Shown here: positions 1 through 9,233 of the stretch, piece after piece
Layout: each line of letters opens with the position of its first letter
How positions within the stretch are numbered: the first letter of the stretch is position 1
Virus record (IMG/VR): IMGVR_UViG_3300005056_000010
DNA length: 39,360 nt
Direction: 5' to 3' (one strand)
DNA from: a virus
Position numbers and translations under genes: made by a program
Notes under the pieces: model-generated
What the model saw: only the letters and a program-made list of their open reading frames with translations
Database searches by the model: none
Told to the model about the DNA's origin: nothing

Positions 1-99
1 CAAGGACTTCGGCGGTGCGTCATCCGTGCTTGCTCTTGATGGGCTGGGGGCCGCTGACGCCGCTCTTGACTGGGCAGCTGTCAACTTCGTCGACTGCTC
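1..99. repeat. Left copy of exact 99-bp terminal direct repeat (equals 39262..39360); assembly overlap of a circular or concatemeric genome
   Basis: Read base by base, 1-99 is identical to 39262-39360. The repeat lies inside an ORF that stays in frame across the junction. Confidence 0.9.
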
Positions 100-913
100 G
101 AACATCGGCACCATCGCGGACTATGCGAACTTCATCTATGCCGCTGGCGCTTGGCTCAACAGCGCGGGCCTCGTGCTCGATAAGGGCTTCGGCACAATCT
201 CCATCGAGACATCGCTGGTCAACACCGGGGCGGGCCTGACTGGCATTCGGTTCCTCAACACCTGCATCATTTCGAGGCGTTTCCGGGCTATCTTCAGCGC
301 GTTCGTGGTGCTCGCAGGTGAGACCGGAATCAAGGTTGATGACAAGGCGACGACGTTCCCGAACAACCAGAGCTTCTTCCTCTTCAACGCGTCCTTCGCG
401 GGCGGCGGCACGTTCCTCGACGGGCTCGATGAGACGGACAACCAGGTTCTAATCCAGAACACTACGGGGATTCCGAACAGTAGCGACGTCGGCCACTACT
501 TCATGACTGGCAACGCGGTTGCCACCGGCACCGCAGCGGCTGGCGCGGGCGTGTTCGTCAAGGTTGCGGGGGTTACGGTTAGCGGGGCGTCGATTTCGAA
601 GTTCACCCAGACTGCGAACAAGGCTGAGTATATCGGCGCGCTCACATCGTTCTTCAACATCACCGCGTCTTTCGGGGCGTCGAGTGGTAACAACCACATC
701 CTGGAATTCAGGATTGCGAAAAACGGCGTCACGCTGGCCGACAGTGGGAAACCAATCAAGGCGAACAGCGCCGGCCGCGTAGAGTCTGGAGGGACCTTCA
801 CAATCACCCAGTTGACAGATACGGACTTCATCGAAATCTTCGTCGCCAACAACACGTCTGCCACGGATATCACGGTGTCTGACTTGCGCGTATCCGTGCT
901 GAGAGTCCCCTAA
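2..913 (+). CDS. Tail fibre/tailspike-like protein, C-terminal part (continuation of 38975..39261 across the circular junction; about 399 aa in total)
   Basis: The frame is open from base 2. The translation (..KDFGGASSVLALDGLGAADAALDWAAVNFVDCSNIG..) continues the peptide started at 38975. It is Gly/Ala/Thr/Asn-rich with short repetitive beta-strand-like segments, and it sits in the tail module. Confidence 0.75.
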   Translation, partial: KDFGGASSVLALDGLGAADAALDWAAVNFVDCSNIGTIADYANFIYAAGAWLNSAGLVLDKGFGTISIETSLVNTGAGLTGIRFLNTCIISRRFRAIFSAFVVLAGETGIKVDDKATTFPNNQSFFLFNASFAGGGTFLDGLDETDNQVLIQNTTGIPNSSDVGHYFMTGNAVATGTAAAGAGVFVKVAGVTVSGASISKFTQTANKAEYIGALTSFFNITASFGASSGNNHILEFRIAKNGVTLADSGKPIKANSAGRVESGGTFTITQLTDTDFIEIFVANNTSATDITVSDLRVSVLRVP

Positions 914-2154
914 TGCCGAGTTCCGATCCCGCACCCTTCATCGCGTTCCTCACTGAGGTCGACGCCCGCTCATACAGCGGGGCACCGCTGTTCAACATGG
1001 GCGGCGGCGGCGCGGTTGCGGGGCCGGCTCAAGACTACTTTGAGGACGCACTCAACTTCCTCAACGGCCGGGGGTCGCAGCCTACGCGGGACCTCGACTC
1101 TTTGGTCAAGACCATCAAAGGCGCGACGTGGACCATCTACCTCAACGCCGATGACCGCATCGTTATCGAGGACACTGCGGGAGGCTTCACGCTCAACGCT
1201 TCGGCTGACCGTGTGGCCTTCGGATTCCCCGCAACTGGCATCATTACATCGCTCCCGGTCGCTGGCCCCACCAACCAAATCATCGCCCCGCTGAACTGGG
1301 TGCGCGGCAATGTGCAGAACGCGCACCTCGCACTCGACGATGGGGCAGTCGGCCAGGTCCCAGACACCGCATACCGGGCGCAGGACGTCATCACCATGCT
1401 GCGGTCACAAGCGCTCACCGATGCCGACAGCGCGGACAAGGCGACGAACCTGGAGACGCAGACGAACGCCATCTACGACGTGGGCGGGCGGCGGTACCGG
1501 TGGGGCATCAACGCGATTGGGCACGCTTGGCTCGCCACCGACTCGGCCACTGGCACGCAGCCGGACGCCAGCGGCTTCCTTTTCGACGACTTCCAGTTGT
1601 GGCTCGGCTTCAAGGGTGACGAGGCGCTGCAGATTGTGGCTGATGCGACGACGGGCACGAACCTGGAGTACATCGAAGCGACGTATCCGTGCCAGGGCGC
1701 CATCATGCCCAGCCGGCAGGTTACGCGCATCACCGACCGCTTTGAGGAAATCACACACGGCGTGCGCTTGACGTCGGGCGAACTCGCTTCGAACAAGGTT
1801 ATGGACTGGTCAACGTTCGTTATCGACTGGACGCTCGACGGCCCTGCCGACTGTCGAGACCTGTCGTCACACTGGTTCAATGTAGTGAGCCGGGCTCCAC
1901 AGGCTGTCCGCTGGGCGCTGTATCAGGTGTGGGGCGACCCGAGGCGCGCACGCTTTACGGTCGATGTCCGCACTGACGTGAGTGGCACGACCGAGACGTA
2001 CGACTTGCTCGGGACTGCGGAGTTGAATGGATATCGTGGTAGGATACGCGGACGTAGAAGCCTCGCGGACACATCGCGCAAGACGGAGCGGTGGCCGTCC
2101 ACACTCCGAAGGCGTCTACCGGTGACTACGATTCTTGAAGCTGCGGAGGATTAG
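913..2154 (+). CDS. Virion/tail-associated hypothetical protein (413 aa)
   Basis: Long ORF. Its ATG overlaps the upstream stop (TAATG). It lies between tail genes. Confidence 0.7.
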   Translation: MPSSDPAPFIAFLTEVDARSYSGAPLFNMGGGGAVAGPAQDYFEDALNFLNGRGSQPTRDLDSLVKTIKGATWTIYLNADDRIVIEDTAGGFTLNASADRVAFGFPATGIITSLPVAGPTNQIIAPLNWVRGNVQNAHLALDDGAVGQVPDTAYRAQDVITMLRSQALTDADSADKATNLETQTNAIYDVGGRRYRWGINAIGHAWLATDSATGTQPDASGFLFDDFQLWLGFKGDEALQIVADATTGTNLEYIEATYPCQGAIMPSRQVTRITDRFEEITHGVRLTSGELASNKVMDWSTFVIDWTLDGPADCRDLSSHWFNVVSRAPQAVRWALYQVWGDPRRARFTVDVRTDVSGTTETYDLLGTAELNGYRGRIRGRRSLADTSRKTERWPSTLRRRLPVTTILEAAED

Positions 2155-2156
2155 AC

Positions 2157-2432
2157 ATGGCAGGCGTTATCAACGAGCCCATTATGGTCATCGAGGGCAT
2201 GCTAAGCGCGTTCGCCTTCAGCGCGAGTGTTGACCCGTTCGGCTTCCCCATCAACGAGTCGGTACTCCCTCAGTCCAACAATTCGATGATTTGCTCTAGG
2301 GAGGTCGCGGAGCATCTTGGCCTGCCAATGCCCGATAAGGCAGAACTCGGCATGCCCGCAAGTCAGTCCACCATTGAGAAAGCGAACCTTCGTCAGTTTG
2401 TCGGCGGCTCATTCCGTCGGGGCGGGCGCTAG
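2157..2432 (+). CDS. Hypothetical small protein (91 aa), N-terminus MAGVINEP
   Basis: ATG lies 2 nt after the upstream stop. Third codon positions are G/C-rich by eye. Confidence 0.6.
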   Translation: MAGVINEPIMVIEGMLSAFAFSASVDPFGFPINESVLPQSNNSMICSREVAEHLGLPMPDKAELGMPASQSTIEKANLRQFVGGSFRRGGR

Positions 2433-2433
2433 C

Positions 2434-2682
2434 ATGGCTGGCGTTACCAGCGAGCCTCGGGCGATGAGAGGCGGCTACCTGCCATTTGATGACGGCTGCG
2501 GGATTGTTGGCTACTCGTATGAGTGTCCTGAGTGCGGGGTCAGCAACTCGTTCACGGACTGCGAGACGGGGTGCGAGTGTGGGTTCTCTGAGCCTTACGT
2601 TGACCCTGATGACTGGTATGCGGAGCGGATGGCGCGACCTAAAGAGGGGAGGTGGAAGTGCCCCGCACCATCCCAGCTGTAG
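2434..2682 (+). CDS. Cys-rich small protein (82 aa; CPEC...C...CEC), N-terminus MAGVTSEP
   Basis: ATG at 2434 lies 1 nt after the TAG of the previous ORF. It is the internal start of track ORF 2317..2682. Seven Cys, including a CxxC motif. Confidence 0.55.
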   Translation: MAGVTSEPRAMRGGYLPFDDGCGIVGYSYECPECGVSNSFTDCETGCECGFSEPYVDPDDWYAERMARPKEGRWKCPAPSQL

Positions 2683-3728
2683 CGAGCATCGTACTCCCTG
2701 ACACGCGGCTAACCACACCGACGAAACCGGTGCTTGCGGGCAGTGCGACCAACGGCGGCCACTGGCTTGACGCTGCGCTGATTCACAACCTCAACGCCGC
2801 CATGGTGCACGCCCAGCCTTGCTACCAGCAGGGATGGGACGGCGGCTTTATCTTCGTTACGGCGCCCGCTACGTGGACGTTCAGCCATGAGATTACGGTT
2901 GCGAAGCTCACCGACCAGCACACGAACATCACGTGCCGAATCTACGGCTTTAGCCAAGCGGGCGCAGGTCTCGGCGCTGTCCGCTTCTCCACAGCCTCAG
3001 CGCCAGCAGTCTTCTCGGTGGTCACGCTACCCGCGGGCCCTGCGGTCTGGACTGCAGCGGCGACCTTGCTGAGCGTGGCGGCATCCTTCGGCGTCAACGA
3101 CTACGAAACGATTACCGTAGAGATTCTCGACAGCGTCAACGTCACCACGATGCAGGGCGAGTACGACGAGTTGAGCCCAGGCGGCGCGTATCCCGCGGGT
3201 AATGACGAGCTCGCCTCTGGCGTGGGGCCGGACGGCACGGTGCCCCTCGATACGCTCGAGCTGGCTGCCGACTCGCCGCTACCCTCGGAGATTGCGCGCA
3301 CGCTGGCCGATGGCATTACTGCGGTGTCGCAGCGGCTCCGCACGTATTCGTCAATGGGCACGATACCCATCAGAATGGAACGCCCGTTCCGGGTGGTGAT
3401 TCCGGTTTACGACCTGGGCGCGAGTGTCCACAAGCTGAAGTTCCGGCTGTTGGCCGAAAAGGGTGGGTTGGCCAGGACTCACTTGGTTCAGCATAGCTCA
3501 GCGAGTTCTGCGATTGGCTTCGACCAGTGGAAGAACGCGGTGGCTAGTTCACGCGGGTTCACGCTTGTTACGGTCCCAGGCGGCGCTGGTCAGCACGACA
3601 CGGGAGATATCGAAATCACCCTAGAGGCTGGGGATATCGTGCAGGCACCTGGCGGCTATCTCGGGTTTGCGCACTTGACGCTATGGCCAGGGCCCAACCT
3701 TCTCTCTTTCGCTGTGTGGGGTATCTAA
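2658..3728 (+). CDS. Tail-module hypothetical protein (about 356 aa)
   Basis: Track ORF 2652..3728. GTG at 2658 lies 5 nt after GGAGG (2648-2652), so I prefer it to GTG 2652. Confidence 0.65.
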   Translation: MPRTIPAVASIVLPDTRLTTPTKPVLAGSATNGGHWLDAALIHNLNAAMVHAQPCYQQGWDGGFIFVTAPATWTFSHEITVAKLTDQHTNITCRIYGFSQAGAGLGAVRFSTASAPAVFSVVTLPAGPAVWTAAATLLSVAASFGVNDYETITVEILDSVNVTTMQGEYDELSPGGAYPAGNDELASGVGPDGTVPLDTLELAADSPLPSEIARTLADGITAVSQRLRTYSSMGTIPIRMERPFRVVIPVYDLGASVHKLKFRLLAEKGGLARTHLVQHSSASSAIGFDQWKNAVASSRGFTLVTVPGGAGQHDTGDIEITLEAGDIVQAPGGYLGFAHLTLWPGPNLLSFAVWGI

Positions 3729-4355
3729 TTGGCTGGCATCATCCCATCAACGCTCGACAGCGTACCGGACCCGGCATCCTACAATGTGGGGCGGCCACTC
3801 TTTGGGCGCACGGTCTCAAGCCTGTCGAACGGCGTGAATCACCTTGCGGGCTTTCGAGGCCTGCGGTTCATATCGTCTCAGGTGATGGTGGCCCCTAGCT
3901 TCTTCCCTGTCACTGTAATCACCAACGATACGGCCCAAGTGGGCCTCATGGTCAGTGAGCCGACAATGAGGTGGGTGGTTTCCCCCCTTGCTCAGTTTGT
4001 GTGGTGGGGCGCCTGGGTGGCATCCAGCGGTGACCGGGGCACTCCACCAAAATTAGAGGTGTTCCTTGAGACTGTCGCGGGGGTCCTTATTGACACTGTC
4101 GAGTGGACCATAGGCAACGGGCGACTCCCGGCAAACCACTACGGATTTCCGAATGTGGTGACCCCTGAAGAAAGGGGCGCATCGTCTGGCCGAGACACGA
4201 TGCTGCACACTGGGTGGAAAATTGGCATCGGGACATCGCCCAGGCTGCTGGATGTGAGCGCTCATCAGGGCTTAGATGTCCAGATCCGAGTGGTGGCTAA
4301 AGACGTCCGTGTCTACTCCCATTTTGCCCTTGAAGCCTACGAGTCGAGCATATGA
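3729..4355 (+). CDS. Tail-module hypothetical protein (208 aa), N-terminus MAGIIPST (TTG start)
   Basis: TTG directly follows the upstream TAA. The 3' end overlaps the next gene by ATGA. Confidence 0.6.
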   Translation: MAGIIPSTLDSVPDPASYNVGRPLFGRTVSSLSNGVNHLAGFRGLRFISSQVMVAPSFFPVTVITNDTAQVGLMVSEPTMRWVVSPLAQFVWWGAWVASSGDRGTPPKLEVFLETVAGVLIDTVEWTIGNGRLPANHYGFPNVVTPEERGASSGRDTMLHTGWKIGIGTSPRLLDVSAHQGLDVQIRVVAKDVRVYSHFALEAYESSI

Positions 4356-7300
4356 GTGGAGTCCTGACTGAGCTTGCTGTGCGGCAAAACACCCTCGTTT
4401 GGGTGCTGGAGATCGACGGACTAGAAGAGTCGTACCATTCCGCGCCATCCTCGGTAGTCCTGCCGGCCTACACTGAGGCATGGACCCACACCCAGCAGCC
4501 TGGAATCCAGCCGGGCGGCATCACCGCGTCAAGCGAAGAGCTCGACGTCATGAAGTCTGTGGTTACCGTCGGTCAGGTGGCCGTAACTATCGGGGTGACC
4601 AGGACAAACAACGCTGCTCAGTTCATGGCGGTCGGCAGGTCTGGTTCCCCACTTGTGGCCACGCTGGCGCTGACTGTTGACCAGGTGGGGGCCGGGTTCG
4701 TCACAGTCAACGAAGACATTAGCGCATGGCCTGCGACTGGCGAGCTTTGGATTGGTCGCGAGTGCATCACGTACAGCGCCCGCACGGTCGCCGCGCCCTT
4801 CCGATTCACGATCGCCGTTCCGTCGTCCCGAGGCTGGTGGGGGTCTGAACAGCGCAAGCATGTAGCATCGGCGATTGAAGGCTGGGCACCTCGCGTCTAT
4901 TCGCAGTGCGTCACGTGGCAGAGTCGCAAGGCCCGCGTGCTGGTCACAAGCCTGCGCCCCGATGGCACTCAGGCAGCAGGCTGGGTGGAGTACATCAGCG
5001 GGCGCATCGTCAGCAATCCCGAGGTGAGTGAAGACGGTCTTAGCATCGCAATCAACATCATCCCGCACACTGACGCGCTCAGCATCAACGTGGGCGGCGG
5101 CGTCTCGCGGACTGGGCTCCAACAGGGGGTTCATACTTTCGACGGGAAGTCGGGGGACCAGTATCTGTGCTCGGTGGGCTGGGATGTAGGGGAGGCTTTT
5201 GACGAAGAGGCGACCTTCAACGCTGGCGCCGGCATCGACTTGCCGATCCGGTACAAGAGCCACGAGGACACTTTCGACATCTCATCCGACCCCGACAAGG
5301 GCCGGACTGGCAAGCTTGTAGAAGAGTCGTCGGGGTCGTCTTTCTATGTGCTCACCCCATCAGCAGCCGGATACCTAGGGGGGCCACTTGGGCAGGCTGC
5401 TGGAGACAAGATCGTCCTCACTGCTGCAGCGGCGCCTTTCGTTTCAATCGGTGAACGATGGCTCAACGCGGCTGCATGGGACGAGCTGATTGGGTCACCC
5501 CTCACAACTCCAGGAGCAGCCGAGGTCGTGGGCTGGCCGGACGTCGCGATCTCGCGCATGTCGGTCGCCCTCTCTCCAGGGACCCATTTGGACGTAGGGC
5601 CGGTCGATGGCCAGTTTGCTGATGTCGCGTTCAACCCAAACGACAACGGCGCCGCGTCGATAACATTCCTCTTTAACACGAACGCGAAGAATGCCGGGAC
5701 CGTCCAGCTGACTGTCTGGTCCGAAAGCCCCCTCATAATGTACTACGGGGTGAGCGGCTTCGACCCGGATGACAACAAGAGGATCTGGGACCTTGAGGGT
5801 GGCGAGCACGAGAGATTTGGGCAGAGTCTAATCAGGTCAGCCCTCGCCACCGACTCGAACGGGGCCGACTTTCACGCACTCGTGCCCAAAGCGACACTGC
5901 CAATCCGAGGCTACCCCGACGCCTACTACCAAAAGGGCGAGTCATTTATTCACGTTCAGGACGACCTGTTTGCATCGACGTCAGCCGTGCTGGTTCGGTG
6001 GACTGAATGGAACGGAGACGAGCATCTCCAGTCGGTCCGGATCACGGGCTCAGAACCAGCCAGCAACGTAACAGTCGGCGCAGTTGGCACCCTGCTTAAG
6101 GTCGACACCGAACTAGACCGCAGGAACAAATCCTTCGGGGACTGGCCGGGCCAAGCCAGATGCACCATCGAAGAGGACGTCTCTTGGTCCAGTGAGACCC
6201 CCGGCACCATATTGTTGAACGTCCTCATGAGCGGGGACGGCGACAGTTTCAATTCAGGCTTCGACGTGTTCGCTTCGGGCGCGAACCTGACCGCTGAAGA
6301 GGTCGACGTTGATTCGTTCCTTCGATACCCGTACCCAGACGGCCTGGCGCAACTGCTCACCCTTTCTCTCAACACCTTCGACTCAATCACAATCAGGGAC
6401 TTCATCGAGCCCATATTGCGGAGCATCGGCGCGGCCCTAGTCGTCCGAGTTGAGCGTGTGCCCACAACTGGCGCCGGCGGCGTCCTGAGGCGACGGCTTG
6501 CGCTTGAAGTCGCAACGTCTGAGTACGCCCCTGATGCACTCGGCACGATTCTAAACGGCGACTGGGTGGGGGCTGAGCGCCCATCCACCACCGACGACAA
6601 CCGTATCGTCAACATGCTCCGCCTCCAGATGGACTACTCATCAGAGGACAGCGAATTTGACCTGATCGTCAACATGAGCGACCGGGACTCAATCGGAGAG
6701 TACGGGCCGGCCCCGGTCGATGAGTTGGACTTGAGGGGTATTAGAATGCCCCAATCCAGCCCGGCCGACCAAGTGGCTCTACTGCTTCCGTTCACCGCGT
6801 CTAGATTCTCTGCTGTGGGCGCCCCGAGAAGGGTGATATCTGGCACCATATCGTGGGCGGATTCGGTCATTCTCAACGCTGGCGCGGTCGTGATCGTGGA
6901 TGCCGTCGAGGTGTTTGACTACGACGGCGACAGAGGCGTGGCAGCCGTCCCCATGCGCATCATCAGTATCCGACCAGACGGCGTACATCAGAAGGCGCAG
7001 GTCAAGCTGACATGGCACGATGCCACCACTTCAGGATGGGCACCCGTACTCAAGGTCGTCGCGGTCGGAGGGGCGGCTATCTACACAGTCAAGGCGAACG
7101 AGTACACTGAGTCGGACGACCCGGTCACCGGCCTAACCCTGGCTGATATCGACTTTTGGAATGTGGGGGATTCGATTCGCGCCTGCCCACTAGGTGACTT
7201 CGGCAACTCAACAGGTGGGCTTACGGTACTAACCATCGTGGGCAACATCATCACACTGAGCGCGCCGGCCGCACCTGCGCTAGTGGTGGGCGATACGCTG

Positions 7301-7417
7301 AGGCCGGATGGTTTTGGAGTGGCGGCCACAACGGTAGCTCAGAAGCTCTTTGCGTTCCTAGCAGATGATGCGGCCACGCTCGGAGCCACCCCGGACCCGG
7401 CCAAAGAATACGCCTAA
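4352..7417 (+). CDS. Large tail/host-specificity-type structural protein (1021 aa)
   Basis: Largest ORF in the window and the last gene of the tail module. Assignment rests on size and position only. Confidence 0.7.
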   Translation: MSGVLTELAVRQNTLVWVLEIDGLEESYHSAPSSVVLPAYTEAWTHTQQPGIQPGGITASSEELDVMKSVVTVGQVAVTIGVTRTNNAAQFMAVGRSGSPLVATLALTVDQVGAGFVTVNEDISAWPATGELWIGRECITYSARTVAAPFRFTIAVPSSRGWWGSEQRKHVASAIEGWAPRVYSQCVTWQSRKARVLVTSLRPDGTQAAGWVEYISGRIVSNPEVSEDGLSIAINIIPHTDALSINVGGGVSRTGLQQGVHTFDGKSGDQYLCSVGWDVGEAFDEEATFNAGAGIDLPIRYKSHEDTFDISSDPDKGRTGKLVEESSGSSFYVLTPSAAGYLGGPLGQAAGDKIVLTAAAAPFVSIGERWLNAAAWDELIGSPLTTPGAAEVVGWPDVAISRMSVALSPGTHLDVGPVDGQFADVAFNPNDNGAASITFLFNTNAKNAGTVQLTVWSESPLIMYYGVSGFDPDDNKRIWDLEGGEHERFGQSLIRSALATDSNGADFHALVPKATLPIRGYPDAYYQKGESFIHVQDDLFASTSAVLVRWTEWNGDEHLQSVRITGSEPASNVTVGAVGTLLKVDTELDRRNKSFGDWPGQARCTIEEDVSWSSETPGTILLNVLMSGDGDSFNSGFDVFASGANLTAEEVDVDSFLRYPYPDGLAQLLTLSLNTFDSITIRDFIEPILRSIGAALVVRVERVPTTGAGGVLRRRLALEVATSEYAPDALGTILNGDWVGAERPSTTDDNRIVNMLRLQMDYSSEDSEFDLIVNMSDRDSIGEYGPAPVDELDLRGIRMPQSSPADQVALLLPFTASRFSAVGAPRRVISGTISWADSVILNAGAVVIVDAVEVFDYDGDRGVAAVPMRIISIRPDGVHQKAQVKLTWHDATTSGWAPVLKVVAVGGAAIYTVKANEYTESDDPVTGLTLADIDFWNVGDSIRACPLGDFGNSTGGLTVLTIVGNIITLSAPAAPALVVGDTLRPDGFGVAATTVAQKLFAFLADDAATLGATPDPAKEYA

Positions 7418-7830
7418 CACCTTGGGTAGGTGGTGCAACTGACCCGGTTTGCCAACGCGTGGGGCTGGTAGCACTCTTCGGTGCAAGCGGAGCCGTTGCC
7501 ATCCGAAGTCAGCACCATCATCTGGACAGGACCGTTGCAGAACGACACCAGCAGCCAATCAATGTGAATGTCCCCATATGCGGACACCTGTCCAGCATCG
7601 TTGTAGTAGACCGTGGCGCCAGTGGGACCGCTAGCCGACTGGCACTGAACCTGACCGCCCTCAACGGTACCCACCAGCATCGACCCAACTGGGCACACGA
7701 TCGAGTCGAGTTCGGGCGGGCTACAGCAGGGGAGGCCGTCGCACAGCACCGGCACCTCTGGCAGTGCGTTCGGGTTATCTGTGGAGCACCCGGCAAGAAC
7801 TAGAAGAGCAGCAGCAAGAAAGCGAATCAT
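7414..7830 (-). CDS. Cys-rich secreted lipoprotein (138 aa)
   Basis: N-terminus is MIRFLAAALLVLAGC, with a lipobox LAGC after a hydrophobic signal. GGAGG lies 5 nt upstream of the ATG at 7830. The mature part has 12 further Cys. It is the only reverse-strand gene between the tail and lysis modules. Confidence 0.75.
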   Translation of the reverse strand: MIRFLAAALLVLAGCSTDNPNALPEVPVLCDGLPCCSPPELDSIVCPVGSMLVGTVEGGQVQCQSASGPTGATVYYNDAGQVSAYGDIHIDWLLVSFCNGPVQMMVLTSDGNGSACTEECYQPHALANRVSCTTYPRC

Positions 7831-7892
7831 CGTAACCTCCACCTGATTGACGAACTGACATGCTGACTATTGCAGAAAAACACGCAGTCAAG

Positions 7893-7910
7893 CATTATGT
7901 TCACATAATG
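7893..7910. promoter_or_regulatory. Perfect AT-rich palindrome CATTATGT-TC-ACATAATG upstream of the lysis cassette
   Basis: 8-bp arms with a 2-bp spacer, read directly from the sequence. It lies in the divergent intergenic region 7843-7923, 14 nt before the endolysin ATG. Confidence 0.5.
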
Positions 7911-7923
7911 AACGGGAGTGGCA

Positions 7924-8505
7924 ATGGCTGAGCAGCGGAAGAACCACAAGTACTACGTCGCTCGTGCGCTCGACCGCGCCATAGCCGAGTGGGGCAAGGA
8001 CATCCGAGAGCCTGTCGGTGTGGTCACATCGCATCCAATCGTTGACCGCTACATCCGCGGCGCTGAGGGCTCGCAAGCGCACATCCGCGAGTACGAAAAC
8101 CGCAGCAAGGTTAAGGCGCGGCAGTTTCAGTGGTGCGGAAGTTTTGCTTCGTGGTGTTGGGGCCTGTCGCTCGACCCTGACATCCGAAAATACATCATGC
8201 GCAGCTGCTCCCGTATCCGCGGCATGTACACGAAGGCGACACCGGTTGAGCTGCGCGGCTGGGGTCCCAAGCGCCGCGTGGCTGCGCACGTCATCCAGCC
8301 CGGCGACATCATGCTCATCGGCAAGGACGAAGGCACGCACATCACTCTCGTGTTCGCTGTCGAAGGCGACACCATCCACACCATCGAAGGCAACTCGACG
8401 GGCATCGGCCCCAAGGGCGACCGCTTCGAAGGCGTCGTTCGGCATGAGCGCAGTCGGTCTGAGGCGAAGTGGGTGATTCGACTGCAAATGGAGGACTTGT
8501 CGTGA
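7924..8505 (+). CDS. Endolysin, CHAP / NlpC-P60-like cysteine peptidase
   Basis: Candidate nucleophile in QWCGSFASWCWG. Downstream GTHITLVFAVEGDTIHTIEGNSTG resembles the H...TIEGN pattern of CHAP-type phage lysins. GGGAG lies 5 nt before the ATG at 7924. Membrane proteins follow. Confidence 0.7.
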   Translation: MAEQRKNHKYYVARALDRAIAEWGKDIREPVGVVTSHPIVDRYIRGAEGSQAHIREYENRSKVKARQFQWCGSFASWCWGLSLDPDIRKYIMRSCSRIRGMYTKATPVELRGWGPKRRVAAHVIQPGDIMLIGKDEGTHITLVFAVEGDTIHTIEGNSTGIGPKGDRFEGVVRHERSRSEAKWVIRLQMEDLS

Positions 8506-8717
8506 AACACCGCAAGGTCTTAGTCTGCACTATCGCCATGGTCATCGAAGGCATCATGGCCGTGTGCGACGTTCAGAACCCGGCCGCATACGCAGGTGTC
8601 AGCAGCGTCGCGGCGTTCTTCTGCGGCGGCAACGCAGTCGAGCACATGAAGGCGACACCCAAGGCGTTCCGCAACGGGCCTCCCCCGCTCAATCCGAAGC
8701 CTGCCGACGATGCTTAA
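8502..8717 (+). CDS. Holin candidate (71 aa, two hydrophobic segments)
   Basis: GTG overlaps the endolysin stop (GTGA). GGAGG lies 7 nt upstream. Hydrophobic segments are VLVCTIAMVIEGIMAVC and AYAGVSSVAAFFCGGNAV, followed by a polar C-terminus. Confidence 0.55.
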   Translation: MKHRKVLVCTIAMVIEGIMAVCDVQNPAAYAGVSSVAAFFCGGNAVEHMKATPKAFRNGPPPLNPKPADDA

Positions 8718-8979
8718 CCGCATCCCATGGTGGGCGTGGCTACTCATCGGCGGCGGCGTCGCGGTCCTAGCGTGGTTACTGGTCGCACCCGAGGCTGCAC
8801 CGGCTGGCGCTGCCCCCGTGGCGCTCAAGGCTGAACTCGCACGCCGCGCAATGGCCCGAGCGAAGCAGGCCCGGGAGAGAGCCGACGCTATCGAAGCCAG
8901 CGGCACGCCCGAGATTGACGCGGCCGGTGATGATGCGGAGAAGGCGATGGCTGACCGCTTCGCAAAGGGGGAGCTATGA
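8710..8979 (+). CDS. N-terminal TM plus Ala/Arg-rich helical protein (89 aa), i-spanin-like
   Basis: TM segment WWAWLLIGGGVAVLAWLLV, then a charged helical region. Located in the lysis cassette. Confidence 0.5.
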   Translation: MLNRIPWWAWLLIGGGVAVLAWLLVAPEAAPAGAAPVALKAELARRAMARAKQARERADAIEASGTPEIDAAGDDAEKAMADRFAKGEL

Positions 8980-9233
8980 ACATCGGAGACATGGACCGGT
9001 ACGGCCCGAAAGATAGCGTCATACATATCGACTCAACCCCGGACGATGTCGAGTGGGGCACGTTCGCCATTATGATGTGCGGTCTTGCGATATATATGGC
9101 AGATGATGGGGCGCAGCGGCCCAACACCGACCACGTGCACAGGTCATGGCCCGACAATGCCAACTGCCAGCCGTGCCGAGACGCACTAGACGCGGCAGCA
9201 GCCAAGGCCCGTCGACGGCTGGTAGACGCGTGA
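8976..9233 (+). CDS. Hypothetical small protein (85 aa)
   Basis: ATGA overlap with the upstream gene. One short hydrophobic stretch, FAIMMCGLAIY. Confidence 0.5.
   Translation: MNIGDMDRYGPKDSVIHIDSTPDDVEWGTFAIMMCGLAIYMADDGAQRPNTDHVHRSWPDNANCQPCRDALDAAAAKARRRLVDA

Noticed and set aside
1-99. The 99-bp terminal repeat as a physical direct terminal repeat, cos site or attachment site.
   Set aside because: It sits inside a coding sequence that is continuous across the junction, and no integrase is present. The simplest reading is an assembly overlap of a circular contig. Only read-level data can settle this.
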